A DNA stretch of 64,000 bases. Source: Felis catus. Its lineage: Eukaryota. Below, one piece after another: positions 63,685 through 64,000 of this stretch. The stretch spans positions 56,854,001 to 56,918,000 of the forward strand of contig NC_058381.1 in the NCBI RefSeq assembly GCF_018350175.1, written 5' to 3'. The position numbers and the translations under genes are program-made. The first letter of the stretch is position 1. Each line of letters begins with the position of its first letter. The notes under the pieces are model-generated. The model was not told the origin of the DNA and did not search any database. It was given only the letters and a program-made list of their open reading frames with translations.

Positions 63685-64000
63685 AACCCCCTTCCCCACA
63701 AGTGCTGTCTTAGCCGTCAGTAAGGAATTTTCTGATCAGCATCAGTGAGGTCATCTGTCACGTGGGCCTCTTCCAAACCCCGGAAGGGAGATAGGGTTAG
63801 ACCGCTTGCCCTGCCAGCTAAAGAAGGTGATCCTGCCTGAAACAAGCCTTTTCTTTTGCTAACAACTTTCTTGCCCCACCCTTCCTCCCATAAAAACCTT
63901 TTCTTTCTGTACAATCCTCTGCTTGCTGGACGGGATCCTGCCCGGTTTGTGAATCTCTTGATAAAGCCAAGTAGATCTTCAAATGTACTCGGTCAAGAAT
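63685..64000 (+). mobile_element. ERV1-like LTR fragment
   Basis: CCCATAAAAACC TATA-like box and GATAAAGCCAA...AGATCTT polyA region; by resemblance. Confidence 0.45.

Overview
Mammalian genomic DNA, feliform and very likely felid, judged from about 45 feline-type CAN-SINE copies. It is orthologous to the human 17q25 block MXRA7-JMJD6-METTL23-SRSF2-MFSD11. I rebuilt spliced CDSs from GT-AG boundaries: MXRA7 coding exon 1 only (-; the rest lies left of the window), JMJD6 (-; 403 aa, plus an alternative terminal exon giving 414 aa), METTL23 (+; 191 aa from the first AUG of exon 2), SRSF2 (-; 221 aa, RRM partly N-masked) and MFSD11 (+; 13 coding exons, 449 aa). There are three CpG islands, two of them bidirectional promoters. 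The remainder is introns, UTRs and repeats (SINEC, L1, L2, MIR, MaLR/ERV LTRs, MER/Tigger). I found no CRISPR array, rRNA or genuine tRNA, and no wholly new system. Best leads are regulatory: a probable CUG-initiated N-terminal extension of METTL23 with an overlapping out-of-frame uORF; tandem consensus splice donors in METTL23 exon 4; a JMJD6 stop codon that doubles as a splice donor; a candidate stop-containing JMJD6 cassette exon beside an N-run; N-runs falling on highly conserved elements; and a perfect 122-bp tandem duplication. Comparisons to human/mouse proteins are from memory and need alignment. Repeat boundaries and family names are by eye and approximate.
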